Under the pieces are notes generated by a model that had not been told where the DNA came from, searched no databases, and saw only the letters and a program-made list of their open reading frames with translations. Of a DNA stretch of 64,000 nucleotides, positions 11,226-21,085 are shown piece after piece. The position numbers and the translations under genes are program-made. Every line of letters starts with the position of its first letter. Within the stretch, counting starts at the first letter, position 1. This DNA comes from Cenarchaeum sp. (GTDB lineage: Archaea; Thermoproteota; Nitrososphaeria; Nitrososphaerales; Nitrosopumilaceae), in contig OZ242221.1 of NCBI GenBank assembly GCA_965206845.1, forward strand, positions 192,001 through 256,000. The letters are read 5' to 3'.

Positions 11226-11363
11226 AGATGTGATTCGTAATTAGCACGCAGGCACATTAGAGCACGATCTTTGGCACAATCATACGAAAGTTGCATGCTT
11301 TGGAGCACACATCTGTAAGATTATGGGCATCGAAGGCCCGATTCTTAATTGCGGATCATGTCT
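11226..11363. mobile_element. 138-bp MITE, copy 1
   Basis: Imperfect 18-bp TIR AGATGTGATTCGTAATTA / AGACATGATCCGCAATTA, 3-bp TSD CAG, near-identical copy at 43249. Confidence 0.85.
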
Positions 11364-11415
11364 CAGATGAAACGGCGTCCGGCCCCATGCGGCCACATTC
11401 GCACAAGCTTTAACT

Positions 11416-12873
11416 ATGGAATCGTGCAAATTTACCTGTTTGAGAAAGATACTTGTTGCTTCGACCCTTATGGTGATCCTGGTTACCGGGCTCTTCCCCA
11501 TCCAGTCCGCGCACTCCCAGTTTCAGGGGGGTGGTGTTGATCATGACGGCGAGTGGTACGTGGGAGAGGGGCTCGAGCGCGGCGACCTCGTTTCATACAA
11601 AATGTGCCATGCGGTCTACAAGGAGTGCGCGGAGTTTACAATGGACATCTGGATCGAGGGCGATGTGCAGTCTGGAAGTGAGACAAAGTGGCTTGCCAAC
11701 ACGGTAGTGCGTGACGGATCAAAGATCGTCAAGGGAGTCATGCACCTGAACAAGGTTGGAGCCGAGCCCACGACGGGAGGAAGCGAGGAGCTCACCACAT
11801 ACAGCAGCGCCTTCAAGTCATCCATTGCGTGGCTGTCCTCCTTTGCAAACGCGGCTAAACCAAAACAGTTCAGCGACATATCGTGGGGCAAGATCGGAAA
11901 CATCGGCGGCGAGCAGGTTGTTCCAAGGGAGATACTGCCAGACGGCCTTAACGTGCCTGCGGGGCACTTTGATGAGGTAATCGTAATCGGGTGGAGGACC
12001 GGCGGGGCTGTCAGCGAGGTATACGTGGTTGACGACTTTCCGTTCCCAATCAAGGCAAGCACGTGGCAGCATGTGTCTGAGGGAATACCGCCGCAGGAGT
12101 ACAAGTTCGAGCTGCTGTTGTACCAAAAGAATGTGACGGAGGATCCTTTTGCAGATGTCGTCTCTACGGCAGATCAGCTGGCAGGCGTGGACTGCCCCCC
12201 CATAAGCAGCCTTAAGACATCAGTCAAGCGCGTGACCTATAACGCCGAGTATCTGCTCCACGTATTCTACGCACCTGACATCCCGGTAAACGGATGCCCG
12301 ATGAAGTGGCAGATCAACTTTCTCAACAAGTTTGACGAGACAGAGTTTCTGGCCCAGGTTCAGTATGACCTGCTGGTTCTAAATGAGCGTGGCGAGCCAA
12401 TCCGTTCGGTTGCGCAGGATGAGGGGCGGGTGTTTCTCTATTCGCCCTCCGGGCTTGCAACCATTGAGATAATTGTAAGGGAGGAACCCGGCACGGCAAA
12501 GTACGCGATATGGATTTATGGTCTGGCCTCAGAGAACGCTGCACCAGGCAAAGCCAATACAGACTTTCTGCAGCTGGAGATCAACGTAGATCCGCCCAGG
12601 GACGCCATAGTGATCCCGGCATGGATAAAGACGACCGTGGGATTCTGGACATCCGGGGCGACCTCCGATGCCGAGTTTGTGAGCGCGATCCAGTTCCTCA
12701 TCAGCGAGGGAGTCATCATAGTGCCCCCCACGGCATCAGGATCCGACGGCGCCGCCGAGGTTCCACCGTGGATAAAGACGACCGCACAGTTCTGGGTGGA
12801 CGGCGTAACCAGCGACAAGGAGTTTGTGAGCGCGATCCAGTTCCTCATAAGGGCCGGCATTATCACAGCCTAG
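11416..12873 (+). CDS. Secreted/surface protein with two C-terminal thaumarchaeal IPxWIK repeats
   Basis: Signal peptide; IPAWIKTT..FW..G..SD.EFVSAIQFLI..G.I occurs twice. Confidence 0.8.
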   Translation: MESCKFTCLRKILVASTLMVILVTGLFPIQSAHSQFQGGGVDHDGEWYVGEGLERGDLVSYKMCHAVYKECAEFTMDIWIEGDVQSGSETKWLANTVVRDGSKIVKGVMHLNKVGAEPTTGGSEELTTYSSAFKSSIAWLSSFANAAKPKQFSDISWGKIGNIGGEQVVPREILPDGLNVPAGHFDEVIVIGWRTGGAVSEVYVVDDFPFPIKASTWQHVSEGIPPQEYKFELLLYQKNVTEDPFADVVSTADQLAGVDCPPISSLKTSVKRVTYNAEYLLHVFYAPDIPVNGCPMKWQINFLNKFDETEFLAQVQYDLLVLNERGEPIRSVAQDEGRVFLYSPSGLATIEIIVREEPGTAKYAIWIYGLASENAAPGKANTDFLQLEINVDPPRDAIVIPAWIKTTVGFWTSGATSDAEFVSAIQFLISEGVIIVPPTASGSDGAAEVPPWIKTTAQFWVDGVTSDKEFVSAIQFLIRAGIITA

Positions 12874-12918
12874 CAGCTCTTCAGCAGGGCCCGGAGCGTT
12901 GCAGCTAGGGACGCAAGA

Positions 12919-13009
12919 TAGTTAGTTGCATAACCATCTCAACCGTGCCCAGATGGTTGCCGAGCAGCAGGCATTTCGTGCCTGCGATTCGGGGTTATGC
13001 AACTGACTA
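12919..13009. mobile_element. 91-bp MITE
   Basis: 17-bp TIR TAGTTAGTTGCATAACC (16/17 match) flanked by perfect 8-bp TSD ACGCAAGA (12911-12918, 13010-13017). Confidence 0.85.
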
Positions 13010-13059
13010 ACGCAAGACCAAGCTTTAAACGGCAACCATGTACCAAAATACCACATACC

Positions 13060-13419
13060 TTGACAGGACTCTCCATCTACCCCAAGCGCCACCTGAGAAA
13101 GCTCATACGGCAGGGCGAGTACCGGCAGGCAATCGAGTTTGGCCACAGCATAGAGGGCAGGTTTGCAGGCGACGCGGACTTTAACTTCATAATGGGCAGC
13201 GTATTCTACATACTGGATGACGCGCAAAAGGCGATGGGATACTTTGATGCGTCCCTGAAGATAGACGACAGGGATGTCGAGACATGGCTGCTCAAGGGCA
13301 ACATCCACCTGTTCCTAAAGGAGAAGCAGGATGTCCTGGAGTGCTGCAACAGAATCCTTGACGTGGAGCCGGATCACGCAGAAGCGCAGACACTGCTTGA
13401 GAAGCTCCGGGATCTCTAG
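13060..13419 (+). CDS. Tetratricopeptide repeat protein
   Basis: TPR pattern (MG..FY.L....KA..YFD..L.ID; W..KG); likely TTG start 13060. Confidence 0.8.
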   Translation: MTGLSIYPKRHLRKLIRQGEYRQAIEFGHSIEGRFAGDADFNFIMGSVFYILDDAQKAMGYFDASLKIDDRDVETWLLKGNIHLFLKEKQDVLECCNRILDVEPDHAEAQTLLEKLRDL

Positions 13420-13925
13420 CTCTGGCTCCCGCCGGCGGTGCCGCCCTGCGGCTCCCTGCCAAGCAGGTACACCTCACTCATCACCCAGTTGCAGAACTCC
13501 GTCACGCGGGCGGTAAACTCGCACCATATGTGTATCGAATGGGGCAGTATGTCTATCCTTCCGTCCTCGAAGAAGATCTTGACCCCCTCCTTTCCCTCGT
13601 ACATGTAGGCATCCTCTGCCCGCACACCGCCCAGAACCTCCCGGGCCTTCTGCTTGATCGTATCCCGGCCTATGGGAAAGCGGGTCTTTGTCCTGTCCAG
13701 TATGATGCTCAGATCGCGCCTCCCATACATGTCAAACTCGTCTATCTTTCCCTCGTGGGGAAAGTTTACGATGAGATCGACGCCGTACCGCCGTCCGGCG
13801 TCGCGCCCGATCTCCGTGATCCTGCTGTACGCGATGGCAGGATTCCTCTTTAGCAGGATCCTTACCTGCGGCAGGTTTGACTTTAGCCGGGCCTGCAGAT
13901 CTCCGGTCATTACCGAGAAGCTCAT
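13416..13925 (-). CDS. Conserved hypothetical protein
   Basis: Intact ORF with protein-like composition, 4-bp overlap with the TPR gene stop. Confidence 0.65.
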   Translation of the reverse strand: MSFSVMTGDLQARLKSNLPQVRILLKRNPAIAYSRITEIGRDAGRRYGVDLIVNFPHEGKIDEFDMYGRRDLSIILDRTKTRFPIGRDTIKQKAREVLGGVRAEDAYMYEGKEGVKIFFEDGRIDILPHSIHIWCEFTARVTEFCNWVMSEVYLLGREPQGGTAGGSQS

Positions 13926-14025
13926 CAGCCAGTTGTGGCGCCAGCGGGTATTTTACTTGTGGCGCCAGGCGTGTGCGTGGCCCCTGACGGGATCGGTTTT
14001 TTTACGCGGACGTACAACATCCGGC

Positions 14026-14670
14026 ATGGCGATGCCTGCAAACTATGACAGCATGAGAACTGATGACGCATCGGAGCGGACCGACGATGTCGGAACCTAC
14101 AAGATAACCTGCATGGACTTTATCCGGGACATATCGACTGACTACCTTGCATGGGTTGACTACTACAAGCTTCCGCAGGAGGAGGACAAAAAGCGACGCG
14201 CAGAGATTGCTGCCACCATCGAGAGGACGAACCTGTGGATTGCCAAGGTGGCGCAGTCCATCAAGGCAGTTGACGTGGTAATGAATGACGGGATTCAAAA
14301 GATGGCCGAGGCCACGGCGGGAAAGCCGTTTCAGATCGGCGTGTTTGTAAACCAAAAGTCCGGCTATACCGTGGCAGAGCCCGGCATAATCCGGGCAACC
14401 ATCAAGGCCACAGGACGCCAAGAGAGAAGAACCAGGCTGGGATTTCATTTCAAGCGCGACAGGTTCCGGATCGAGTCCACGTGCAACGCCATCATAGACG
14501 AGTCAAACCTGCCGGAGCAGGACTGCCAAATAATGGATATTCCGCTGACAATACACGCAGCCGACGGCAAGCCGCTTGACGTGATATCATTTACCGTTAC
14601 GGTGGTGGAACTAGTAGACGGCCAAGAGTACGACAAGCGCGGAGTATCCACCATCATTCATCTGGCGTGA
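14026..14670 (+). CDS. Hypothetical protein
   Basis: 3' part of the 13654 ORF lying outside the opposite-strand gene; beta-rich C-terminus. Confidence 0.65.
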   Translation: MAMPANYDSMRTDDASERTDDVGTYKITCMDFIRDISTDYLAWVDYYKLPQEEDKKRRAEIAATIERTNLWIAKVAQSIKAVDVVMNDGIQKMAEATAGKPFQIGVFVNQKSGYTVAEPGIIRATIKATGRQERRTRLGFHFKRDRFRIESTCNAIIDESNLPEQDCQIMDIPLTIHAADGKPLDVISFTVTVVELVDGQEYDKRGVSTIIHLA

Positions 14671-15001
14671 CCCGGATTACGGCCCTGGACTCGCCGGCCC
14701 TGGACTCGCCGGGGTACTTGAGCTGTGAGACCTTCTCTGCCAGAAGGCGGTCAGTTACCACCGTTGCGGTGCCGGACAGCCTCTCTCCACCCACCACAAC
14801 ATACACGGAGCCGTTGTGGGCGGCATTCCTGAACCAGTCGCTGTCCGGCCGGTGCCTTGAAAAATAGTAGCTGCCGTTATAGTATACCGCCCTGAGCATC
14901 ACGGTGTGCTCCCTTCCGGTCTTTCTTCCTCTGGTAGCCAGAACCGCCCGGAAGGGACTTGTCGCAGGTACGGCCATGGACATGCGGCAGTCCCGGGACA
15001 A
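14654..15001 (-). CDS. Deazaflavin-dependent nitroreductase (DDN)/split-barrel family protein
   Basis: L.TRGRKTG..H.V.L and DWFRN motifs. Confidence 0.75.
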   Translation of the reverse strand: MSRDCRMSMAVPATSPFRAVLATRGRKTGREHTVMLRAVYYNGSYYFSRHRPDSDWFRNAAHNGSVYVVVGGERLSGTATVVTDRLLAEKVSQLKYPGESRAGESRAVIRVTPDE

Positions 15002-15403
15002 TTTAACTCCAATGACAAAACAGGGTCGGCTAGCCCTTGGACTTTTTTATGCACCGCAGGCAGACGCCAAGGCCGTCACGCATCACAATATCAACATTGG
15101 ACGCATAGCACCTGCTGCAAAGACCCTTCACGATCTGTCGAGGTATGGCACCGCTTAAATTTTTTGTGGAAGTGTTTTTTTTTTTTGCCACTAGGACGCA
15201 TCATCCAACACATGCATGCGCGCAGATATTCCATGCGCAGAGGCGCATGCCACAATTACGCAGGCAGGACAGACCGGCATGCGCCGGTGCAATGGACAGG
15301 CCCCAGGCCAAACCCGGAGCCCCGGGCACGCCGTACAGGATCACAAACTAGGCCAAAAAAAAACCGTTCATAACAGTTTATACAATTAGCAGAGCCATCC
15401 GAT

Positions 15404-16399
15404 GTGTTGAACGCAATAGAGACCATCTCGCTTACAAAAAAGTACGGCGACATGGTGGCAGTGGACGACATCTCATTTTCTGTAAGTGAGGACGAGATAT
15501 TTGGATTTCTGGGCCCCAATGGCGCCGGCAAGAGCACGACCATGATGATCCTGACCACGCTGCTCAAGCCTACCACGGGTACCGCCATTGTTGCCGGATA
15601 CGACGTCCAGAGCCAGGCAGGCAAGGTGAGGCAGAGCATAGGATACGTCCAGCAGGATACCGCCGTGGACGAGTTTCTGACCGGCCGGGAGAACCTCTAC
15701 TTCCAGGCACGGATCAACCACCTCCCAAAAGACGTGGCCAGGGAGAGGATCGACGAGGCGCTGGAGCTGGTAGAGCTGGCAGACAGGCAGAATGATCCCG
15801 TGATCACATACTCCGGCGGCATGAAGAAGCGCCTCGATATCGCAGGCGGGCTGCTTCACAGGCCCAAGGTCCTGCTTTTAGACGAGCCCACGGTGGGGCT
15901 GGACATACAGACCAGGCGCAAGATCTGGGAACACCTGAGGTACATCCACCGCCAGTACGGCATCACCATCTTTGTCTCCACCCACTACATGGAGGAGGCC
16001 GACAGGCTGTGCGACAGGATTGGAATCGTAGACTATGGCAAGATACAGAACATCGGCAGCCCCCGGGACATGAAGAACGCCCTGGGAAGCCAGATAATCT
16101 CATTTACGGTAAAGGGCCGGGATGGCACGGGCGAGATGGCATCAAGGCTACAGGCCATGAGCCAGATCAAGGAGGTGCGCACGGAGGGAGACCACCTTAC
16201 CGTCTACACCTATGGCAGCGAGGAGGTGATACCGGGAATATTCGAGGCGGCAGGCATGCTAAAGATGAAGGTCGACTCGCTCTCGCTGACCCAGCCCACG
16301 CTGGACGACGTATTCCTGTCGCACACCGGCCACGACCTGCGCGACGAGACGTATACGCCGGGGCAGCCCACCGCAAAGCCCAAGAGGTCGCTGCGATGA
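15404..16399 (+). CDS. ABC-2 exporter ATP-binding subunit (DrrA-like)
   Basis: GPNGAGKST, YSGG, LLLDEPTVGLD, STHYMEEAD. Confidence 0.93.
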   Translation: MLNAIETISLTKKYGDMVAVDDISFSVSEDEIFGFLGPNGAGKSTTMMILTTLLKPTTGTAIVAGYDVQSQAGKVRQSIGYVQQDTAVDEFLTGRENLYFQARINHLPKDVARERIDEALELVELADRQNDPVITYSGGMKKRLDIAGGLLHRPKVLLLDEPTVGLDIQTRRKIWEHLRYIHRQYGITIFVSTHYMEEADRLCDRIGIVDYGKIQNIGSPRDMKNALGSQIISFTVKGRDGTGEMASRLQAMSQIKEVRTEGDHLTVYTYGSEEVIPGIFEAAGMLKMKVDSLSLTQPTLDDVFLSHTGHDLRDETYTPGQPTAKPKRSLR

Positions 16400-17172
16400 T
16401 GCTCTCAGACACGTACACCATATTCTGGCGGGAGATGAAGCGCTACAGGAAATCCCGCAGCGGCATCCTCATACGGCTGATCCAGCCGGCGATCTGGATC
16501 ATTGTGGTCGGGAACATCTTTACAGAGACCCAGCCGCTGATCCAGTCCGTGGGATTTGATGGGGAGTACATCGAGTTCATGGCGCCCGGCGTAATCATAC
16601 TCACGGCAATATTTACCAGCATCTTCGGCGGCGTCAACACGCTGTGGGACCGGCGGTACGGCTTTATGAACAAGACCCTGACATCGCCCATCTCGAGATC
16701 CTCCATTGCCATAGGCAAGATGCTTGCCATATCCATGATATCGGCACTGCAGGCAAGCCTGATAATCGGGATCGCCATGGTCATAGGCGTCAGCTTCTCC
16801 AACCTGCTGGTCATCATACCCATCATGGCCATAGTGATCCTGTTCTCCCTGGGCTTTGCTGGAATCTCGGTCACGGTGGCTGCGGTTACAAAGTCCCAGG
16901 AGACGTTCTGGGGAACCATCAACTTTCTTGGCATGCCTCTCTTCATGCTCAGCCCGGCCCTCTTCCCGCTGGAGCTGCTGCCTGAGTGGCTTGCCGTCGC
17001 GGCAAGGATGAACCCGGTGACGTACACGGTCCTGCTGGTCCGGGGCCTGATGACTGACGTGACCGGGGACATCCCCGTGGCGCTCAGCCTGGGAGTCATA
17101 TCGGCGTTTGTCGTATCCATGACGCTCATAGCAGGCTATGTATTCACCCGCGAGGTGAACAAGCCGTTCTAG
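16396..17172 (+). CDS. ABC-2 exporter permease
   Basis: Six hydrophobic segments, QPAIW, DRRYGF, NPVTY; ATGA overlap with the ATPase. Confidence 0.9.
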   Translation: MMLSDTYTIFWREMKRYRKSRSGILIRLIQPAIWIIVVGNIFTETQPLIQSVGFDGEYIEFMAPGVIILTAIFTSIFGGVNTLWDRRYGFMNKTLTSPISRSSIAIGKMLAISMISALQASLIIGIAMVIGVSFSNLLVIIPIMAIVILFSLGFAGISVTVAAVTKSQETFWGTINFLGMPLFMLSPALFPLELLPEWLAVAARMNPVTYTVLLVRGLMTDVTGDIPVALSLGVISAFVVSMTLIAGYVFTREVNKPF

Positions 17173-17319
17173 GAGGGCCGCCCTGCGGACGCGGGCCCCG
17201 GCAGTGCCGTGGGCCTGCCCCTGACGCATGAGGCGCGCGATAGCCGTTACGACTCATGCCTGCTGCGGATCTGTATACGATCCGGCGCGGCCGCCGGGGG
17301 TTTAAAAATAAAAAAAGAT

Positions 17320-18588
17320 TCAGGATACCGGGATGACGCCTTGGCTTATCAGGTACTGCAGCGCGCCTATGAGTTCCTTATCGGATATTATGCCGTCCAC
17401 ATAGAACTGGAAGAGCTGCTTTATCCAAGCGGGAATCAGTTCTGGCTCCTCCTCGGGCTCTTCTGCGGCCGGGACATACTCCCAGACGGTGGTGCCGTCA
17501 TACGTGACGCTTCCGAGTCCCCGCTTTCCAAGCTCCACTACCTCGTCGGGAAGCGGAATAAACCCAAGCCCTGCCGAGTACTGCTGGCCTTCTGTGATCA
17601 TCCAGTCAAGCATCCATACCAGGCCCCTCGCCTCATCCAGGCTGTCAGTTACCCCGGTGACATCCTCGTAGACCAGAAGGTACGTGAAGGTGGCAATCGG
17701 GTAGGAGCTCTCGCCTGGTGCGTTGAGCAGGTCAACATCGGACCACACGCCCTGCGCCTCGGGCAGCTGGGCCTTGGCCAGCTCGCCTGCGGCGTCTGCG
17801 GTGGACTCTAGTGACGGGTAGACGAAGCCCGTCTGGTCGCCGTTCTCCACTGCCACGCTCTTGATGTCGTTCTGGATTGTGTATGCAATGGAGACGTATC
17901 CGATGGAGCCCTCCGTAGACAGCAGAATTCCTGCCACGCCCTCGTTTCCTGGTGAGCCTACGCCAACAGGCCAGCCTACGCTCTTTCCGCTGCCGACATT
18001 CTCATACCAGGACGGGCTTACCTCTGACATCCACTGCGTGAACACCTTGGTGGTGCCAGAGCCGTCGGATCGGTGCACCACTGTGATGTCTTCTGACGGC
18101 AGGTCTGTTCCGGGATTGTCTGCTGCGATGGCGGGATCATCCCATTTGGTGATCTTACCCTCAAAGATGTCTGCTGCCACTTGTCCCTTGAGCTTGAGGC
18201 CGTCGGGGATGCCTTCTGCATTATACACTATGTTGACTGCGCCTATCGCCTCGGGAATGTGGAGTGTGGGTTGGACTGCCACCACCTCCCTCGCGGTCAG
18301 CGGGGCGTCAGTGGCCGCAAACGCGACTAGCTCGCTTATGTGCTGCCTGACGCCGCCGCCGCTTCCTATGGAGTTATAGTTGACGTTAAAGTTGCTGTAG
18401 GCATCTGTGATCTTTACCCTCCACAGGTCTATCAGCGGGAACGGAAACGACGCGCCTACGCCGACGATGTTGTACGACACGTCATCGGACGGAGCCGGTG
18501 GGGAGGATGTCTGCGCGTCCGCATACAGGGGCGGGACGACAGATGTCAGCATGATTGCAATTAGCATTATAGAAGTTGCTGTCTTCAT
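17320..18588 (-). CDS. pstS: Phosphate ABC transporter substrate-binding protein with C-terminal IPxWIK tail
   Basis: GASF, GSGGG, ATDAPL, HRSDGSGTT, GNEGVA, YPI..FTY. Confidence 0.93.
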   Translation of the reverse strand: MKTATSIMLIAIMLTSVVPPLYADAQTSSPPAPSDDVSYNIVGVGASFPFPLIDLWRVKITDAYSNFNVNYNSIGSGGGVRQHISELVAFAATDAPLTAREVVAVQPTLHIPEAIGAVNIVYNAEGIPDGLKLKGQVAADIFEGKITKWDDPAIAADNPGTDLPSEDITVVHRSDGSGTTKVFTQWMSEVSPSWYENVGSGKSVGWPVGVGSPGNEGVAGILLSTEGSIGYVSIAYTIQNDIKSVAVENGDQTGFVYPSLESTADAAGELAKAQLPEAQGVWSDVDLLNAPGESSYPIATFTYLLVYEDVTGVTDSLDEARGLVWMLDWMITEGQQYSAGLGFIPLPDEVVELGKRGLGSVTYDGTTVWEYVPAAEEPEEEPELIPAWIKQLFQFYVDGIISDKELIGALQYLISQGVIPVS

Positions 18589-18769
18589 TGATAACCCAAG
18601 CCGTGGACGCTATTTACAGATGGCAGGGATAGATTACGTACGTTGCATACCGATCTATGTCCTATATAGTAAACACAGCACACACTGCTCGCATCACCGG
18701 TAGCAGGCCTGGCATGCGATGCCCGCGTGTGCGCCTCCACATCACTGGTGAGGAATCCAGACGATCTGA

Positions 18770-19669
18770 TCAGGCCCGGCCGCGTACCGCACGGCCTGTC
18801 ATGATCGCGTCATGTGGGGCGCCACCGCTTGGCGCGTCGTAGTTTATTGCAACTATCTCGCTGCTCGCACTCTGGGTAAAATACTGCAGCGAGCGTCTCA
18901 GCGACACCCTGAACACGCTGTACTCAGAGGACAGCATGAGGCGGTCAGGCTCGTTCTGCTCAGATATCATAACCATGTTTGAGCCCTGTACCTGTCTCAC
19001 AAATCTGACAAACGCGTCAGGAGACACCGTCGCGTTGTAGTGCCCGTTGGGGTTGTTCATGTAGGGGGGATCCAGGTAGACAAACCCGTCCCTCACATCG
19101 GCATAATGCGCAAAATCCTCTTCTGCTACTGTGAGGTTCCGGACCGTGTTGCTAAGATCCAGCAGCGCCTCCAAGCCCACCCTAGGGCATCTTGCGCCCT
19201 TCCGCATGGGGGCGTTGAACTCGTTCCTTGAGTTGAACCTGATCTTGCCGGAGAACGCGTTCTTGGCCAGGTAGAAGAACCTCCCAGCTCCGGCAACACC
19301 GTCCTGCAGATCCATTCTCCTTACCCCGAGATAGTAGTCGGGATCCGATCTTCTGTAGTGCCCCTGGTACTCCTCGTACAGCTCGTTTGGATGGCGCCTG
19401 AGGGACTCCATAAGGTTGGTGATCGTGGGGTTGTGGTCGTTGTACACTACATTCTCCGATCCGAACCGGCGGCACGCATAAAACGCAAACCCGCCTCCCC
19501 CGCCAAAGACATCGTAGATCCTGCTCCCGTAGCGCTCTGGAATCAGCGAGTCAAATATGTGGGAGAATCCAGACTTGCAGCCTATGTACGGGATGAGCTT
19601 GAGGCCGCCTGCGCGCCTGTTTGTGACGGTAAACTCCCGCCCCATTACACGGGCCCCTGTCTTATCCAT
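18770..19669 (-). CDS. Orphan Dam-family (alpha class) N6-adenine DNA methyltransferase
   Basis: Y.G.K, DVFGGGG motif I, ND.N, FFYL...FSG..R.N...FN.P hairpin, YLDPPY motif IV; start uncertain (19645-19702). Confidence 0.85.
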   Translation of the reverse strand: MDKTGARVMGREFTVTNRRAGGLKLIPYIGCKSGFSHIFDSLIPERYGSRIYDVFGGGGGFAFYACRRFGSENVVYNDHNPTITNLMESLRRHPNELYEEYQGHYRRSDPDYYLGVRRMDLQDGVAGAGRFFYLAKNAFSGKIRFNSRNEFNAPMRKGARCPRVGLEALLDLSNTVRNLTVAEEDFAHYADVRDGFVYLDPPYMNNPNGHYNATVSPDAFVRFVRQVQGSNMVMISEQNEPDRLMLSSEYSVFRVSLRRSLQYFTQSASSEIVAINYDAPSGGAPHDAIMTGRAVRGRA

Positions 19670-19917
19670 GGCCCGATCTCCGGCAGGTGCGCCCTTCACC
19701 ACTCATGCGCCGCTGCCCCGTCCTGACACCATACCCGGGCGCCGTGTCTGCGGCGTCTCTCCGGATCCCGGCACCAATCTCCGGGCCTGTCCAAGAATCC
19801 GCTCCTGGCGACCAGCTGCTCTTTGCCATGCCGTAATCTCTGCCATCCCATCTATAAGGATCGCCTGTCGGGGCCGGCTGCACATACCCGTGTTCTAGAG
19901 GCTCCCCCATGGCCGGG

Positions 19918-20982
19918 CTACGCCTCTGTGATGACGCTTCGGATGTTCTTGTCCATGACGACCTCTGCGATGTCGCTGGAGTATTCAGCGGTGCGCCTGA
20001 TGCTGTCCAGCACGAACTTTACCACCAGGGAGTCTCCGTCGCCCTCCCCAAGGCCGGACATGATCTCCTCCTGCCTCCGGGTTGTCGCGGGAACGCAGTC
20101 CGCCACGTCCTCGGCCATCTGGTAGTCGCACCTTACCAGTGACTCGACTGAGCGCTCAAAGAGCCCCAGCGAGTCCTCGCTGAGCTCGATGATCTCCCGC
20201 ATGACATCCCCGCTGACTGGCCCCCTGAGGTCTGCGACGCGCTTTGCAATCAGCACGGCGTGATCCGCAATCCGCTCAATCCGGGACACTGCCGTTCTGT
20301 ACACCAGGCAGTCTGACGGCCTCTTGAGTCCCAGATCGTGCAGCATGTTTGCACTCTGTACGGCTATCGTGAGATTCCTCAGCATGTACAGAGCGAACCG
20401 GTCGATCTCGTCGTCCATGCTTACCACCTCCTTGGCATGTCCGCTGTTGCAGGCGGCAAGGGCACCCATGGCCTCCCGGTGCATATTGGTGGTCATAAGA
20501 CGCATCCTCTTCAGGGCAACGCCGAATGTGAGCTCTGGCAGCCTGGTCAGGATCTGTATCGATATGGATCTCGAGTCGGACTCGACTATCTCGGTGCCGA
20601 TCATGGTGGAGCGAATCAGGCTCCGGATTGCGCCTGCCTGGATGCCCCTCAGCTCCATGCCCTTGGAGACTATCCTGATGGACTTGTATCCTGCCAGGTA
20701 GATCGCGATGATCTTTCTCCGGACTGACTCGTCGGAGCTTCCAGGGCTGATCTCGACTATGGCGCATTCGGCCTCTTGGGCCATACCCTCGTCAGGCATG
20801 AATGTGAGTGACTTGTTGGCGTTTCTCATGATTAGAACGCCGTCGCCCGCCTTCAGGCGCATGCCCTCCACCCACGCCTTGGGAAGGGAGATCACAAAGG
20901 TGGAGCCCCCGCTCACCTGCAGCCGTCTTGTCTGCATGCTGATCTCCGGGGACATCATATGCCCTATCTGCCGCATGCTCAT
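19918..20982 (-). CDS. phoU: AbrB-domain phosphate uptake regulator PhoU
   Basis: RRLQVSGGSTFVISLPKAW AbrB domain; DDEIDR and IERIADHA PhoU motifs. Confidence 0.9.
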   Translation of the reverse strand: MSMRQIGHMMSPEISMQTRRLQVSGGSTFVISLPKAWVEGMRLKAGDGVLIMRNANKSLTFMPDEGMAQEAECAIVEISPGSSDESVRRKIIAIYLAGYKSIRIVSKGMELRGIQAGAIRSLIRSTMIGTEIVESDSRSISIQILTRLPELTFGVALKRMRLMTTNMHREAMGALAACNSGHAKEVVSMDDEIDRFALYMLRNLTIAVQSANMLHDLGLKRPSDCLVYRTAVSRIERIADHAVLIAKRVADLRGPVSGDVMREIIELSEDSLGLFERSVESLVRCDYQMAEDVADCVPATTRRQEEIMSGLGEGDGDSLVVKFVLDSIRRTAEYSSDIAEVVMDKNIRSVITEA

Positions 20983-21085
20983 GATATTACCGGATACTCA
21001 ATACTCTATATAGCGATAAACGGGGTATATGCCCATCGGAATCTATGATCAGTCCCCACATAAGGCGACGGCAATTTCATAAGCT

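Noticed and set aside
15176-15363. MITE bounded by poly-T and poly-A tracts
   Set aside because: The inverted match is mostly homopolymer, with no TSD and no second copy
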